64,000 bases of DNA from an uncultured virus (IMG/VR IMGVR_UViG_3300021959_000013) (lineage: Duplodnaviria > Heunggongvirae > Uroviricota > Caudoviricetes). The notes under the pieces are model-generated. The model was not told the DNA's origin, did no database searches, and saw only the letters and a list, made by a program, of their open reading frames with translations. Positions 9,392 to 17,883 of the stretch are shown here, one piece after another; position 1 is the stretch's first letter, and each line of letters starts with the position of its first letter. The DNA is taken from IMG/VR virus record IMGVR_UViG_3300021959_000013, one strand, 5' to 3'. The translations under genes were made by a program, and so were the position numbers.

Positions 9392-10062
9392 AGTTTAAAC
9401 ATGAAGCAGTTGACCTAGGTTATAATGACCTTGAAGCAGTTACGGGAGATAAAGGGAGATTTTATACAGACCCAGAAGGAAATAAGTACGCATCAGTTAC
9501 GACAGTATTATCAATACTTTCAGAAGAAGCGATACAAGCCTGGCGCGCGCGTGTAGGCGAAGAAGAAGCAAATAGAGTATCACGTATTGCAAGTAGTCGT
9601 GGAACAACAGTTCATAACATCATAGAAAAATACGTAGCAAATGACCCTGACTATCTTAAAGGAGAAATGCCGCATAATGTACAAACATTTAAAGATATAC
9701 AACCCGTCTTAGACGAAAGTGTTACAAAGGTTTATCAACAAGAAGCTCCTCTTTATTCTAAACACTTAGGTTTAGCTGGAAGAGTAGATTTAGTTGGTCA
9801 ATGGAAAGGTGTTGATTCAATCATTGATTGGAAAACATCGCGTAAGTTAAAAAAGAAAGAATGGATTAGTTCATACTTTATGCAATGCTCAGCTTATGCA
9901 ATTATGTGGGAAGAAAGAACTGGCGTACCAATAAAACAATTAGTTGTTTGTATTGCCGGTGATGAAGGACCACAAGTCTTTATAGAAGATAGAGACAGAT
10001 GGACAAAAAAGTTATTGGAAACAATAGCTGAATATAAACGTAGAAAATTATTTGGGAGATAA
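9388..10062 (+). CDS. PD-(D/E)XK exonuclease (Cas4-like phage nuclease)
   Basis: SVTTVL, RGTTVH, AGRVD, IIDWKTS, QCSAYA. Confidence 0.9.
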   Translation: MKFKHEAVDLGYNDLEAVTGDKGRFYTDPEGNKYASVTTVLSILSEEAIQAWRARVGEEEANRVSRIASSRGTTVHNIIEKYVANDPDYLKGEMPHNVQTFKDIQPVLDESVTKVYQQEAPLYSKHLGLAGRVDLVGQWKGVDSIIDWKTSRKLKKKEWISSYFMQCSAYAIMWEERTGVPIKQLVVCIAGDEGPQVFIEDRDRWTKKLLETIAEYKRRKLFGR

Positions 10063-10063
10063 A

Positions 10064-10261
10064 ATGAATTATCTATTAGAAGCTTTAATTAAAAAACTAG
10101 AAGGCGAGATTGTAGTAGCACATGCTAATATATTAGTCTATCAACGAAATCCAGTAGGTATCGGTGAACACATCGATATTGTAGAAACTATTGAAAAAGA
10201 AGTTGAAAAGATAGCTGATGCACATGATAAAATTGAGGCAATAAAGACTTACTGCAAGTAA
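10064..10261 (+). CDS. Conserved small phage protein
   Basis: NPVGIGEH motif; ATG after GGAG. Confidence 0.7.
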   Translation: MNYLLEALIKKLEGEIVVAHANILVYQRNPVGIGEHIDIVETIEKEVEKIADAHDKIEAIKTYCK

Positions 10262-10267
10262 AAAACT

Positions 10268-10308
10268 TATAAATAGATATTTACATTTAATAAAAAGTGT
10301 GGTATAAT
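10268..10308 (+). promoter_or_regulatory. Tandem late (TATAAATA 10268-10275) and early (TTTACA 10280-10285 / TATAAT 10303-10308) promoters
   Basis: Both consensus motifs are present. Confidence 0.75.
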
Positions 10309-10314
10309 ATATCT

Positions 10315-10920
10315 ATGAAAAAGTTTAACGAATTTTTAGCAGAAAAAGCAGGTAAAGGATTAACTATATTTGATATAGATGATACTTTGTTTGTCTCAAA
10401 AGCTCGTGTAATAGTAGTGAATACAAATACTGGAAAAACAAAAGCTTTGACTCCTATGGAGTTTAATAGTTATAAGCTAAGAAAGCATGAAGAGTATGAT
10501 TATGGTGAGTTTAAATCAGCAAAGCTGTTTTATCAAACTGCTACTCCTATAGGTCGAATGGTAGATAAAGCAAAAGCAATTATACGTAATGCTACTGCTA
10601 AAGGTTCAAAAGTTATTATTGTCACAGCAAGAGCTAACATGGATGATAAAAAGCTTTTTGTAAAGACATTTGAATCTCATGGTATACCAATGAAAGATGT
10701 ATATATAGAAAGAGCTGGTAACATGAGCGGCTCAAGTGCTGAAAATAAAAAAGTTATATTTAGAAAGTATTTAAAAACAGGAGAGTATGCTAGAATAAGA
10801 CTCTTTGATGACCACAAAGAAAATTTAAAAGCTTTACTTGATTTGAAAAGAGAGTTTCCTTCAGTAGATATGTTTGCGTATCTTGCTAACTTAAAGGGAA
10901 GCGTTAAAAGAATAAAATAG
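10315..10920 (+). CDS. HAD-superfamily phosphatase-like protein
   Basis: FDIDDTL, IVTAR, FDD motifs; start at ATG 10315. Confidence 0.8.
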   Translation: MKKFNEFLAEKAGKGLTIFDIDDTLFVSKARVIVVNTNTGKTKALTPMEFNSYKLRKHEEYDYGEFKSAKLFYQTATPIGRMVDKAKAIIRNATAKGSKVIIVTARANMDDKKLFVKTFESHGIPMKDVYIERAGNMSGSSAENKKVIFRKYLKTGEYARIRLFDDHKENLKALLDLKREFPSVDMFAYLANLKGSVKRIK

Positions 10921-10929
10921 GAGAATATT

Positions 10930-11124
10930 ATGCCAATAAAATTAGGAAAATCACACACAACAATAGATAGAGTTACGAAAAAAGCTACAACAGTACACCC
11001 GTATATAAAGGGGTTTGCAAAAGCAGAACTTATAGAAAAATATAACCAAGCTAATACTCGTCCAAAAGACAAACAAAAGATTAAAAACGAGTTAGTGAGA
11101 AGAGGTGGAGTTGTATTTAATTAA
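10930..11124 (+). CDS. Small basic hypothetical protein
   Basis: 64 aa with AGGAG RBS. Confidence 0.7.
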   Translation: MPIKLGKSHTTIDRVTKKATTVHPYIKGFAKAELIEKYNQANTRPKDKQKIKNELVRRGGVVFN

Positions 11125-11276
11125 TGAGTAATATCGATAGAATTAAAGAAGTTCTTAATTTAGAAACCTACTATAAGAAACAAAAAACTTTATTTCGTAA
11201 GAGAATAATTAGTAGTGTAATAGCGATTTTATTAATTGGTGCAGTAATATATATGTGGTATAATGGATACGTCTAA
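11124..11276 (+). CDS. Small membrane protein (50 aa)
   Basis: Read manually: MSNIDRIKEVLN...IISSVIAILLIGAVIYMWYNGYV. Confidence 0.55.
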   Translation: MSNIDRIKEVLNLETYYKKQKTLFRKRIISSVIAILLIGAVIYMWYNGYV

Positions 11277-11481
11277 ACAATGGCATGGAGGAAAGGGTTC
11301 TAAGAGAAGGAACTCAAACGAGGACGCATACGCCGATGGATGGGAGCTTGCTTTTGGTAAAAAGAAGCCAGAAATAAAAGCACGTAAAGAACAACCATCT
11401 CATTCTATTACACAAATTCATAAAGATAAGTCAAAAGTTATACCTAGGAAGTATAAATATAATAACGAGGAAGAAATATGA
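11263..11481 (+). CDS. Small basic hypothetical protein
   Basis: WHGGKGSKRR motif. Confidence 0.65.
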   Translation: MDTSKQWHGGKGSKRRNSNEDAYADGWELAFGKKKPEIKARKEQPSHSITQIHKDKSKVIPRKYKYNNEEEI

Positions 11482-11744
11482 GCATAGATATAGACCAGTT
11501 CGATTTTGGATTTACTGCTGTAGACGAAGATGAACTAGAAGTAGTACAAAAACAAACTCAAAAATTAGAATCAACAGCGGGTAAAGCTGAAGAGTCAGAA
11601 GAAAAGTTAAATAGTTTATATAATGCAATCTTACCTTTACTCTCAAATTTAAAAGCAAATCCGGAAAAGGATTATATCTATTGGCCAAAGAGAACAGAGA
11701 AGGTAGAAGCCTTTGAAGATTTAATAGCAGGGATAATTAAATAA
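11478..11744 (+). CDS. Conserved hypothetical protein
   Basis: FDFGFTAVDEDEL and NPEKDYIYWPKR; late promoter TATAAATA at 11452-11459. Confidence 0.75.
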   Translation: MSIDIDQFDFGFTAVDEDELEVVQKQTQKLESTAGKAEESEEKLNSLYNAILPLLSNLKANPEKDYIYWPKRTEKVEAFEDLIAGIIK

Positions 11745-12700
11745 TGGCATTACCATCATCAGGCGAAATAAAAATGGGTGGCTCAGGCACCAATAGTATT
11801 GCTCAAGAAAAAGCAGGAACAACTTCTGGTACACCATCAGCAGTTCAAAATGTATCATTAAAAGGATTATCAGTTGATGGTGTTAATGATTTTACATATA
11901 CAGGTGGAGCAGCTGTAGATATTACAGGAACACCAGATGGAAATACTCCTTATGCTATGTCAGAATTTCATGGATATAGTCAATTTAGCTGGGGAACACC
12001 GAATAATACTGTTGGTGGTGGTACTCCGTTTAATCAAAATTTTGCAAGCCAATTTACTGGAACTGTATTTACAACAAATGCTGGACAAAGAGATATCTCA
12101 ACAAGTTGTGATATTAGATTAGAAACCAGTGTACCAAGAGTAAGTTTTGGTTTACATAGAAGTGGCGATGGAGTTACTTTAGTTAGTACTAGTCAAGGAC
12201 AAGTATCTTATAGTGGAACTTTAAATAAAATAGAAGTAAGGTTTGTATATTCTAATGTAGATTTAGTGGCCCAAGAAAATGGAGGGCTTGCTATTGTATC
12301 TGAAGCTTATTCAAATGCAGCTACGTCAAATACACAATTAACACATGGCAATGTGGGGTCTAATCAATATTCTGTCACCGGAGCTGATACAACAGTACTC
12401 TTAGCTTCTACTGGAGTAACTCCTACGACAGACAGAGAAGGCACTGACGTTTCATGGAATGGAGACTGGATAGATTTTGGAGCAACTAATAATGTCACTA
12501 AGTCAGCAATGATTTATTGTAGTGCTGACGCAAACAGTGGTTCTCTTGGAGCTATTGCAACATTTCGCTCAGGCGGAGATGGTACTGTATCTCTTCAATT
12601 AAGAGCAAACCAGGATAATAATTCAATAGTTACATTATGGACAAAAGCTGCAGGTAGTTGGAACATGACAGCTGATAGTGAAGACGATGAATCAAGTTAA
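11744..12700 (+). CDS. Putative virion or fibre-associated protein
   Basis: MALPSSGEI... start with MSEFHGY motif; Gly/Ser/Thr-rich beta-type composition. Confidence 0.6.
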   Translation: MALPSSGEIKMGGSGTNSIAQEKAGTTSGTPSAVQNVSLKGLSVDGVNDFTYTGGAAVDITGTPDGNTPYAMSEFHGYSQFSWGTPNNTVGGGTPFNQNFASQFTGTVFTTNAGQRDISTSCDIRLETSVPRVSFGLHRSGDGVTLVSTSQGQVSYSGTLNKIEVRFVYSNVDLVAQENGGLAIVSEAYSNAATSNTQLTHGNVGSNQYSVTGADTTVLLASTGVTPTTDREGTDVSWNGDWIDFGATNNVTKSAMIYCSADANSGSLGAIATFRSGGDGTVSLQLRANQDNNSIVTLWTKAAGSWNMTADSEDDESS

Positions 12701-13269
12701 TGCTACCTAGTATTGATAAATTTATATTATGTTTAGAAGAATACAATTTTTTAGAAGTATTTGATAAATGGGAAACATATCTTTGGAGTAATTTTCCATA
12801 TAACTATACACGAGATATAGATATTATGTTTATAGGAGAACCTACTGAAGAGCTTGGAGAAAAGATAATCGATTTTCAAAAGTACGTTATGGATAAAACA
12901 GAAATGAAAATTGATGAACAAGTATTTGAAAATACAAAGGTATTTAAACACATAGAAGATTATAATAGAATAGGTGATATGAATTTTGATGGTAGTATAG
13001 TAAAATATAAAACTAAAATACATAATCATAGAAAACCTGAAAAGTTTAATAAGCATTTTTGGAAGTATACTTTAACTTCTATGAATGAAAAAAATAAATT
13101 TAGAGCTGGTAAAGCAAATTTACACTATCCAATTTTAATAAAAGATTTTATAAAGTTAGTATTTAATATAAAGAATCAAGATATATATAATACTGCAAAC
13201 GATTCATCATATGAAAAATATGATGAATTACGTCACGAATGGAGATTTAATAGAAATGTTAATAGATAG
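12700..13269 (+). CDS. Hypothetical protein with a possible nucleotidyltransferase-like motif
   Basis: YLWSNF...TRDIDIMF resembles an NTase DxD signature. Confidence 0.5.
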   Translation: MLPSIDKFILCLEEYNFLEVFDKWETYLWSNFPYNYTRDIDIMFIGEPTEELGEKIIDFQKYVMDKTEMKIDEQVFENTKVFKHIEDYNRIGDMNFDGSIVKYKTKIHNHRKPEKFNKHFWKYTLTSMNEKNKFRAGKANLHYPILIKDFIKLVFNIKNQDIYNTANDSSYEKYDELRHEWRFNRNVNR

Positions 13270-13930
13270 AGGTCATATAGTAAGAGGTAGTAATTACCTA
13301 TACGAACATTGTTTAAAAGAAGATTTAGAAGGAAAGTCTATTCTAGATTATGGATGTAATCGCGGCAATTTTTTAAAGTCGATACCGGATGATTTAACTT
13401 TTACTTATACCGGCATTGATGTTCAAGATTCTTTTATAGAATCATTAAGTATAGACTACCCAGAAAATACATTTACTTATTTTAATAAATATCATCCATC
13501 ATATAATCCAGCTGGAAACCCAAAGCTTAAGCTTCATGAAGTTGTATCAGAAAAATATGACGTTATATTTGCATGGAATGTATTTACACATTGCACCTAC
13601 GAATATACAAAAGAATGTATAGAAGAAATGAAACTTTGTTTAAAAGATGGTGGTAAAATAATATTTAATCTTTACTCAAAAGAATCATTTGTGCATTTAT
13701 CAAATATAATGAAAGGCGAAAATGGAACTCATACACCAATTACAGTTATAAATAGTTTTGACAATTATGCTTATTGGGTAAATGGAACTGATATATTATA
13801 TGATACTACTCTAATGGGAAATTATAGCAGCTTATTTGCATGTTATGATATATCATGGGTAGATTCAGACAATAGTAGCTGGACATTAAGAGAAAACCAT
13901 GAAAATAGAAGTCACACATTTGTAATTTAA
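13256..13930 (+). CDS. Class I SAM-dependent methyltransferase
   Basis: ILDYGCNRG, YTGIDV, YDVIFAWNVFTH, LKDGG; start at ATG 13256 after GGAG. Confidence 0.85.
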   Translation: MLIDRGHIVRGSNYLYEHCLKEDLEGKSILDYGCNRGNFLKSIPDDLTFTYTGIDVQDSFIESLSIDYPENTFTYFNKYHPSYNPAGNPKLKLHEVVSEKYDVIFAWNVFTHCTYEYTKECIEEMKLCLKDGGKIIFNLYSKESFVHLSNIMKGENGTHTPITVINSFDNYAYWVNGTDILYDTTLMGNYSSLFACYDISWVDSDNSSWTLRENHENRSHTFVI

Positions 13931-13944
13931 TAAGGAGACTGTAT

Positions 13945-14424
13945 ATGGCTATTTGGCATATGAACGACCAAGAGGAAATAAGAATGAATATAGAACAATT
14001 AAAAGAAACATTAAAAGTAGATGAAGGAGTAGTATACGAGATATACAAAGACCACTTAGGTTATCCTACATTTGGAATAGGGCATCTTGTTATAGAAAAA
14101 GACCCTGAATGGGGAGCCGATACTGGTACTCCAGTATCTGAAGAGCGTGTTGATGAATGCTTTGAATCAGATGTACAAACAGTAATAGAAGATTGCATTA
14201 AATTACATGCTGGCTGGGATGGTTATCCTCAAGAGGCTAAACAAATTATAGCAAACATGATGTTTAATATGGGACTTACGCGCTTAAGTAAATTTAATAA
14301 GCACAATGCAGCGCTGCAGTGTGGTGATTGGAAGGAGGCTGCTAAAGAAGGCAGAGATTCAAGATGGTACAAGCAAGTAACAAACAGAGCCGAAAGGCTG
14401 ATGAAAAGGCTCGAGGAGATATAA
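13945..14424 (+). CDS. Phage lysozyme (T4 gpe / GH24-like)
   Basis: DEG...IYKDHLGYPTFGIGHL, MMFNMG, SRWYKQVTNRAERL; alternative start at 13984. Confidence 0.92.
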   Translation: MAIWHMNDQEEIRMNIEQLKETLKVDEGVVYEIYKDHLGYPTFGIGHLVIEKDPEWGADTGTPVSEERVDECFESDVQTVIEDCIKLHAGWDGYPQEAKQIIANMMFNMGLTRLSKFNKHNAALQCGDWKEAAKEGRDSRWYKQVTNRAERLMKRLEEI

Positions 14425-14507
14425 AAACTAACAAAGGTTGGTTTTGGTGTCATGAGAGAAAGGACTTATTCCGCTGGGATGAGTTTATTAATTATAAATA
14501 TAAGTAA
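14364..14507 (+). CDS. Possible small ORF overlapping the lysozyme 3' end (47 aa)
   Basis: MVQASN...KGWFWCHERKDLFRWDEFINYKYK fills an otherwise empty gap; weak RBS. Confidence 0.35.
   Translation: MVQASNKQSRKADEKARGDIKTNKGWFWCHERKDLFRWDEFINYKYK
14493..14500 (+). promoter_or_regulatory. T4-type late promoter
   Basis: TATAAATA 21 nt upstream of ATG 14522. Confidence 0.7.
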
Positions 14508-14521
14508 ATAATGGAGGAAAT

Positions 14522-14779
14522 ATGTTTAATTGGTTGAAAAAACTTTTTGATAATACTGAACCTGAAGCTACTGGTGTAAGAGCTAGAAATTCTAAAGGTC
14601 ATTTTGTCAAAGACGATGCATCGACACCTAATGTCAATGAAGCATACGTAGATGGTAAAACACCTAAACGTAAGCCAAGAAAAGCAGCTGCTAAGAAAAA
14701 GCCGGTCGCTAAAAAAGCACCAGCTAAAAAAGCACCAGCTAAAGCTAAAGCTAAAAGAAAAACAACTGCTAAAAAATAG
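14522..14779 (+). CDS. Lys/Ala-rich histone-H1-like protein
   Basis: GGAGG RBS; C-terminal KKPVAKKAPAKKAPAKAKAK repeats. Confidence 0.75.
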   Translation: MFNWLKKLFDNTEPEATGVRARNSKGHFVKDDASTPNVNEAYVDGKTPKRKPRKAAAKKKPVAKKAPAKKAPAKAKAKRKTTAKK

Positions 14780-14790
14780 CATTTGTTTCG

Positions 14791-14820
14791 AAAGAGGGGA
14801 GTTTAATACTCCCTTTTTTT
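14791..14820 (+). terminator. Rho-independent terminator
   Basis: GGGAGT-ttaat-ACTCCC stem followed by T7. Confidence 0.85.
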
Positions 14821-14841
14821 GTGTATTGGCGTTGTAAACCT

Positions 14842-14849
14842 TATAAATA
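14842..14849 (+). promoter_or_regulatory. T4-type late promoter heading the csg/FecR/cyclase operon
   Basis: TATAAATA just after the terminator. Confidence 0.75.
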
Positions 14850-14886
14850 ACAGTGTAATAAATTAATTTTTTAGAGGATATATACA

Positions 14887-15138
14887 ATGGCAACAGTCAA
14901 ACTTAAAGGTTCAGAAGGTACTCTGGCTTCAGCAAGTAACGTTAACTTTGCTACACTAGTAAGAATTGTAAATAATAAAACTTCAGTACAAGTCATTACG
15001 CATAAAAATGCAGGTGGCACTACTTTAGGAACATTTACTATGACAGCTGGTTCAGTAGAATTAGTTGAAAAAGTATCAACAGATACTCTTACTGGAGCTG
15101 CAACATCATTAGCAGTTAAAGTAGCTTATACCAAGTAA
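14887..15138 (+). CDS. Small beta-rich hypothetical protein
   Basis: 83 aa with GAGGA RBS. Confidence 0.75.
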   Translation: MATVKLKGSEGTLASASNVNFATLVRIVNNKTSVQVITHKNAGGTTLGTFTMTAGSVELVEKVSTDTLTGAATSLAVKVAYTK

Positions 15139-15140
15139 GT

Positions 15141-15437
15141 ATGGAAGACATTTTCACGCTAATCTCCGATGTCGGCTTACCGATTGCGGGTGCATTAGTG
15201 ATGGGAGCTTTCATATTCATTATTATTAAACAAATAATGGAAGGTGTAGTTGATGATATAAAGACGCTTACTATGTTTTGCTCATCATTAGAAAATAGAG
15301 CAAGAACAATGTGTAATGAAATGGTCAAGATAGATTTACTCGTAAGTAGCGCATTAGAATTAAGACCAGATATAGAACGAATCTCAAGAGCTGAGAATTT
15401 CGTAGAAGATGGCAAGCTTGACGTAAGAAGAGATTAG
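15141..15437 (+). CDS. Single-TM plus coiled-coil membrane protein (YvrJ/holin-like), paralog A
   Basis: ISDVGLPIAGALVMGAFIFIII then an amphipathic coil. Confidence 0.65.
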   Translation: MEDIFTLISDVGLPIAGALVMGAFIFIIIKQIMEGVVDDIKTLTMFCSSLENRARTMCNEMVKIDLLVSSALELRPDIERISRAENFVEDGKLDVRRD

Positions 15438-15438
15438 T

Positions 15439-15726
15439 ATGGAAGATGTAGCAGTTGTAGCAAGTAGCGATCCAACAATAGTGACCTTAATTAATGATTA
15501 TGGGTTTCCTATTGTTATGGTTGTAGGTTTAGGATATTTTGTCTATTTTGTATGGAATTTTATTAGCACAGAAATAGAACCAGCAACTGAAAAAATGCAC
15601 ATGCAATTAATAAGAGTTATTGACCAAATGAGAATGTTGGACCAAGACCTTATAAGACTCCAACAAAAGGTAGATACAGTATTGGAGTATAAAGAAAACG
15701 AAAAGAAAAGAGGTAATGATGAATAA
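15439..15726 (+). CDS. Single-TM plus coiled-coil membrane protein (YvrJ/holin-like), paralog B
   Basis: INDYGFPIVMVVGLGYFVYFVW then a coiled coil. Confidence 0.65.
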   Translation: MEDVAVVASSDPTIVTLINDYGFPIVMVVGLGYFVYFVWNFISTEIEPATEKMHMQLIRVIDQMRMLDQDLIRLQQKVDTVLEYKENEKKRGNDE

Positions 15727-16261
15727 ACATGATAAAAACTTTTTATTTAATATGAGTCCGTTATTAGCAACGGCGTTTGTTATGTTTCTTATGTTAATAG
15801 CATTTGAAACTAGAGCACAAGAAATAACTCATAAATTTAAAAATCCATCATTTAGTGGCCAAGGTACTGGCGCTCATTATTTAACTATTGAGAACCAAGA
15901 ATTCTCTCGTAAAAAAGCAATAGAAGAAGCTTTAGAATCAGCAAGAAAAGCTGCAGAAAGAGCTGAGGATAATACTACCTTAGCAAAATTTATTAGAAAT
16001 TTAGAGAGCAGAATATATGCTCAAATGGCAAAACAATTAGTAGAATCAATGTTTTCAAATGACAATCCAGTAAGGTTTGGTTCATTTGTTTTAGAAGGTT
16101 CAACAGTAACGTACGAAGTGATAACAAATGCCGATGGTACCGAATTTATTCGCATGACTATAATCGACGAAAATGGTACATCAACGATTATAGAAATACC
16201 TATAGGCTCAGGATATTTCGGAGGAGATGTTGATGGTGATGGCACGACTGACGGCGGCTAG
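15716..16261 (+). CDS. csgF: Curli assembly component CsgF-like
   Basis: Signal peptide ending TRA|Q, HKFKNPSFSG, IENQE, FIRNLESRIYAQMAKQL; directly upstream of csgG. Confidence 0.85.
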   Translation: MMNKHDKNFLFNMSPLLATAFVMFLMLIAFETRAQEITHKFKNPSFSGQGTGAHYLTIENQEFSRKKAIEEALESARKAAERAEDNTTLAKFIRNLESRIYAQMAKQLVESMFSNDNPVRFGSFVLEGSTVTYEVITNADGTEFIRMTIIDENGTSTIIEIPIGSGYFGGDVDGDGTTDGG

Positions 16262-17171
16262 TTTAGCATTCTTAATATTACTTAGTGGCTGCGCAATGTC
16301 GCCACGTTTTACTGAACTACCACAAGATTGTAATAAAGATACATGGGGTAAAGATTACGACCATGACTTATGGAACTATGCAAAAGCTTCAGGTAGAACA
16401 TTTGAAAGAGCATTACCATTTATATGTGTTGAAGCTCCAGAAGTTGTTCAATTACCTTCTTTTATAGAACTTTTAGATTTACCACCAGCAAAACAAAAAC
16501 CAGTTGTTGCAGTTTATCAATTTGCAGATAAGTCAGGAGCAAGAAAGCCAAGAGAAAATATAGCTGATTTCTCTACTGCAGTATCACAAGGTGGAGTTGA
16601 ATTAGTTATTGATGCGCTAAAAACAGCTGGTAAAGGTGAATGGTTTAGAGTCGTAGAAAGAAATGGCTTAGACCATTTAGTAAGAGAAAGACAAATTATT
16701 CGATCAGCAAGACAGGATTTTGCTAAGAAAGAAGGAAAAGAAAAGTTTCAAGAATTAGAATCACTACTCTTCGCAGGTATGATAATCGAAGGTGGTGTAA
16801 TAGGGTATGATACCAATATTAAAACTGGTGGGCGAGGAGCTCGTTATTTAGGTATTGGCTATACAAAGCAGTATAGACAAGATGTTGTTACTGTTTCTAT
16901 GAGAGCGATATCAGTTCTCACAGGAGAAGTTTTACTTAATGTACAAACTCGGAAAACTATATTAAGTTATGGTAAAAGTGGAGATATATTTAGATTTATC
17001 GAAATGGGAACTGAACTAGTAGAGTATGAAGATGGAGCGACTAATAATGAGAGCGTGACATACGCAACAAGGTCTGCCATCGAAGCAGCCGTGTTGGAAT
17101 TAATATACCAAGGTCACAGACGTGGCTATTGGGAAATCGAGGGGTATAACGAAAATGAAGAAACTAATTAG
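16239..17171 (+). CDS. csgG: Curli secretion pore lipoprotein CsgG
   Basis: Lipobox LSGC; VAVYQFADKSG, FSTAVSQG, WFRVVERNGL..L.RERQIIR, IIEGGVIGYDTN, TGEVL. Confidence 0.93.
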   Translation: MARLTAASLAFLILLSGCAMSPRFTELPQDCNKDTWGKDYDHDLWNYAKASGRTFERALPFICVEAPEVVQLPSFIELLDLPPAKQKPVVAVYQFADKSGARKPRENIADFSTAVSQGGVELVIDALKTAGKGEWFRVVERNGLDHLVRERQIIRSARQDFAKKEGKEKFQELESLLFAGMIIEGGVIGYDTNIKTGGRGARYLGIGYTKQYRQDVVTVSMRAISVLTGEVLLNVQTRKTILSYGKSGDIFRFIEMGTELVEYEDGATNNESVTYATRSAIEAAVLELIYQGHRRGYWEIEGYNENEETN

Positions 17172-17883
17172 TTTAATTTTATTATTGTCGACAACAACTA
17201 TTTTCGCAGATACCGATGATAACGAAATCATAATAACTCAAACTGGTGATACACTAAAATTATACATTGACCAAGAAGGTTTTGGTAATAAGATTGGAGG
17301 TAATGACTTCTCATCTTCCGGAACTGCAATGTTAGTTACTGGTGCAACACTTGAGTTTGATTTAGATTTCACTGGCAATTCAAATATTTTATTTGGTCCA
17401 GTCACAGCTGATAATTCAACTTATAAGCTAGACTTTACTGGAAGTTCAAATGTAATAGATTGGAGTGTTGGTAGTACAGGAAGTTCAGACGATTCTGATA
17501 TAAACTTTAATGTTACTGGTTCAAGCAATACTTTTGACTTAGACCAGGGTACAGCATTTAGTGCAGAACGTTTAAACGCTGACTTAATTGTCATTGGAAG
17601 CTCAAATGTATTTGACGTCGATTGGGAAAGTGATGATGTAGTTTGGAACTGGGATTTAACTGGTTCAACAAATAACATTAATACTTTACAAAAAGATGGA
17701 TCGAATGAAATGACCGTAGAATTAAATGGTGATAGTGCCGATGTAGACATAAATCAATTATCAGGAACATGCGCAGTTTCAGGTGGTGGTTGTGCTACAC
17801 CGAATGCTATTATTACATTGGATATTACAAGTGATAACTCAGTCATTCAAATTAATCAAAAAGACGCAGCTAACGATAGTTAG
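17155..17883 (+). CDS. Exported curlin-like beta-solenoid protein
   Basis: Signal peptide MKKLISLILLLSTTTIFA; repeated x-hydrophobic-x-TG-S-S-N units; CAVSGGGC near the C-terminus. Confidence 0.7.
   Translation: MKKLISLILLLSTTTIFADTDDNEIIITQTGDTLKLYIDQEGFGNKIGGNDFSSSGTAMLVTGATLEFDLDFTGNSNILFGPVTADNSTYKLDFTGSSNVIDWSVGSTGSSDDSDINFNVTGSSNTFDLDQGTAFSAERLNADLIVIGSSNVFDVDWESDDVVWNWDLTGSTNNINTLQKDGSNEMTVELNGDSADVDINQLSGTCAVSGGGCATPNAIITLDITSDNSVIQINQKDAANDS

Noticed and set aside
9388..10062. CRISPR-associated Cas4
   Set aside because: No Fe-S Cys cluster, cas genes or array; it is the common phage PD-(D/E)XK exonuclease.
14424..14486. Two wobble-rich hairpins 3' of the lysozyme as an ncRNA
   Set aside because: The stems rely on many G-U pairs, and the region is equally explained by a small ORF (14364-14507).
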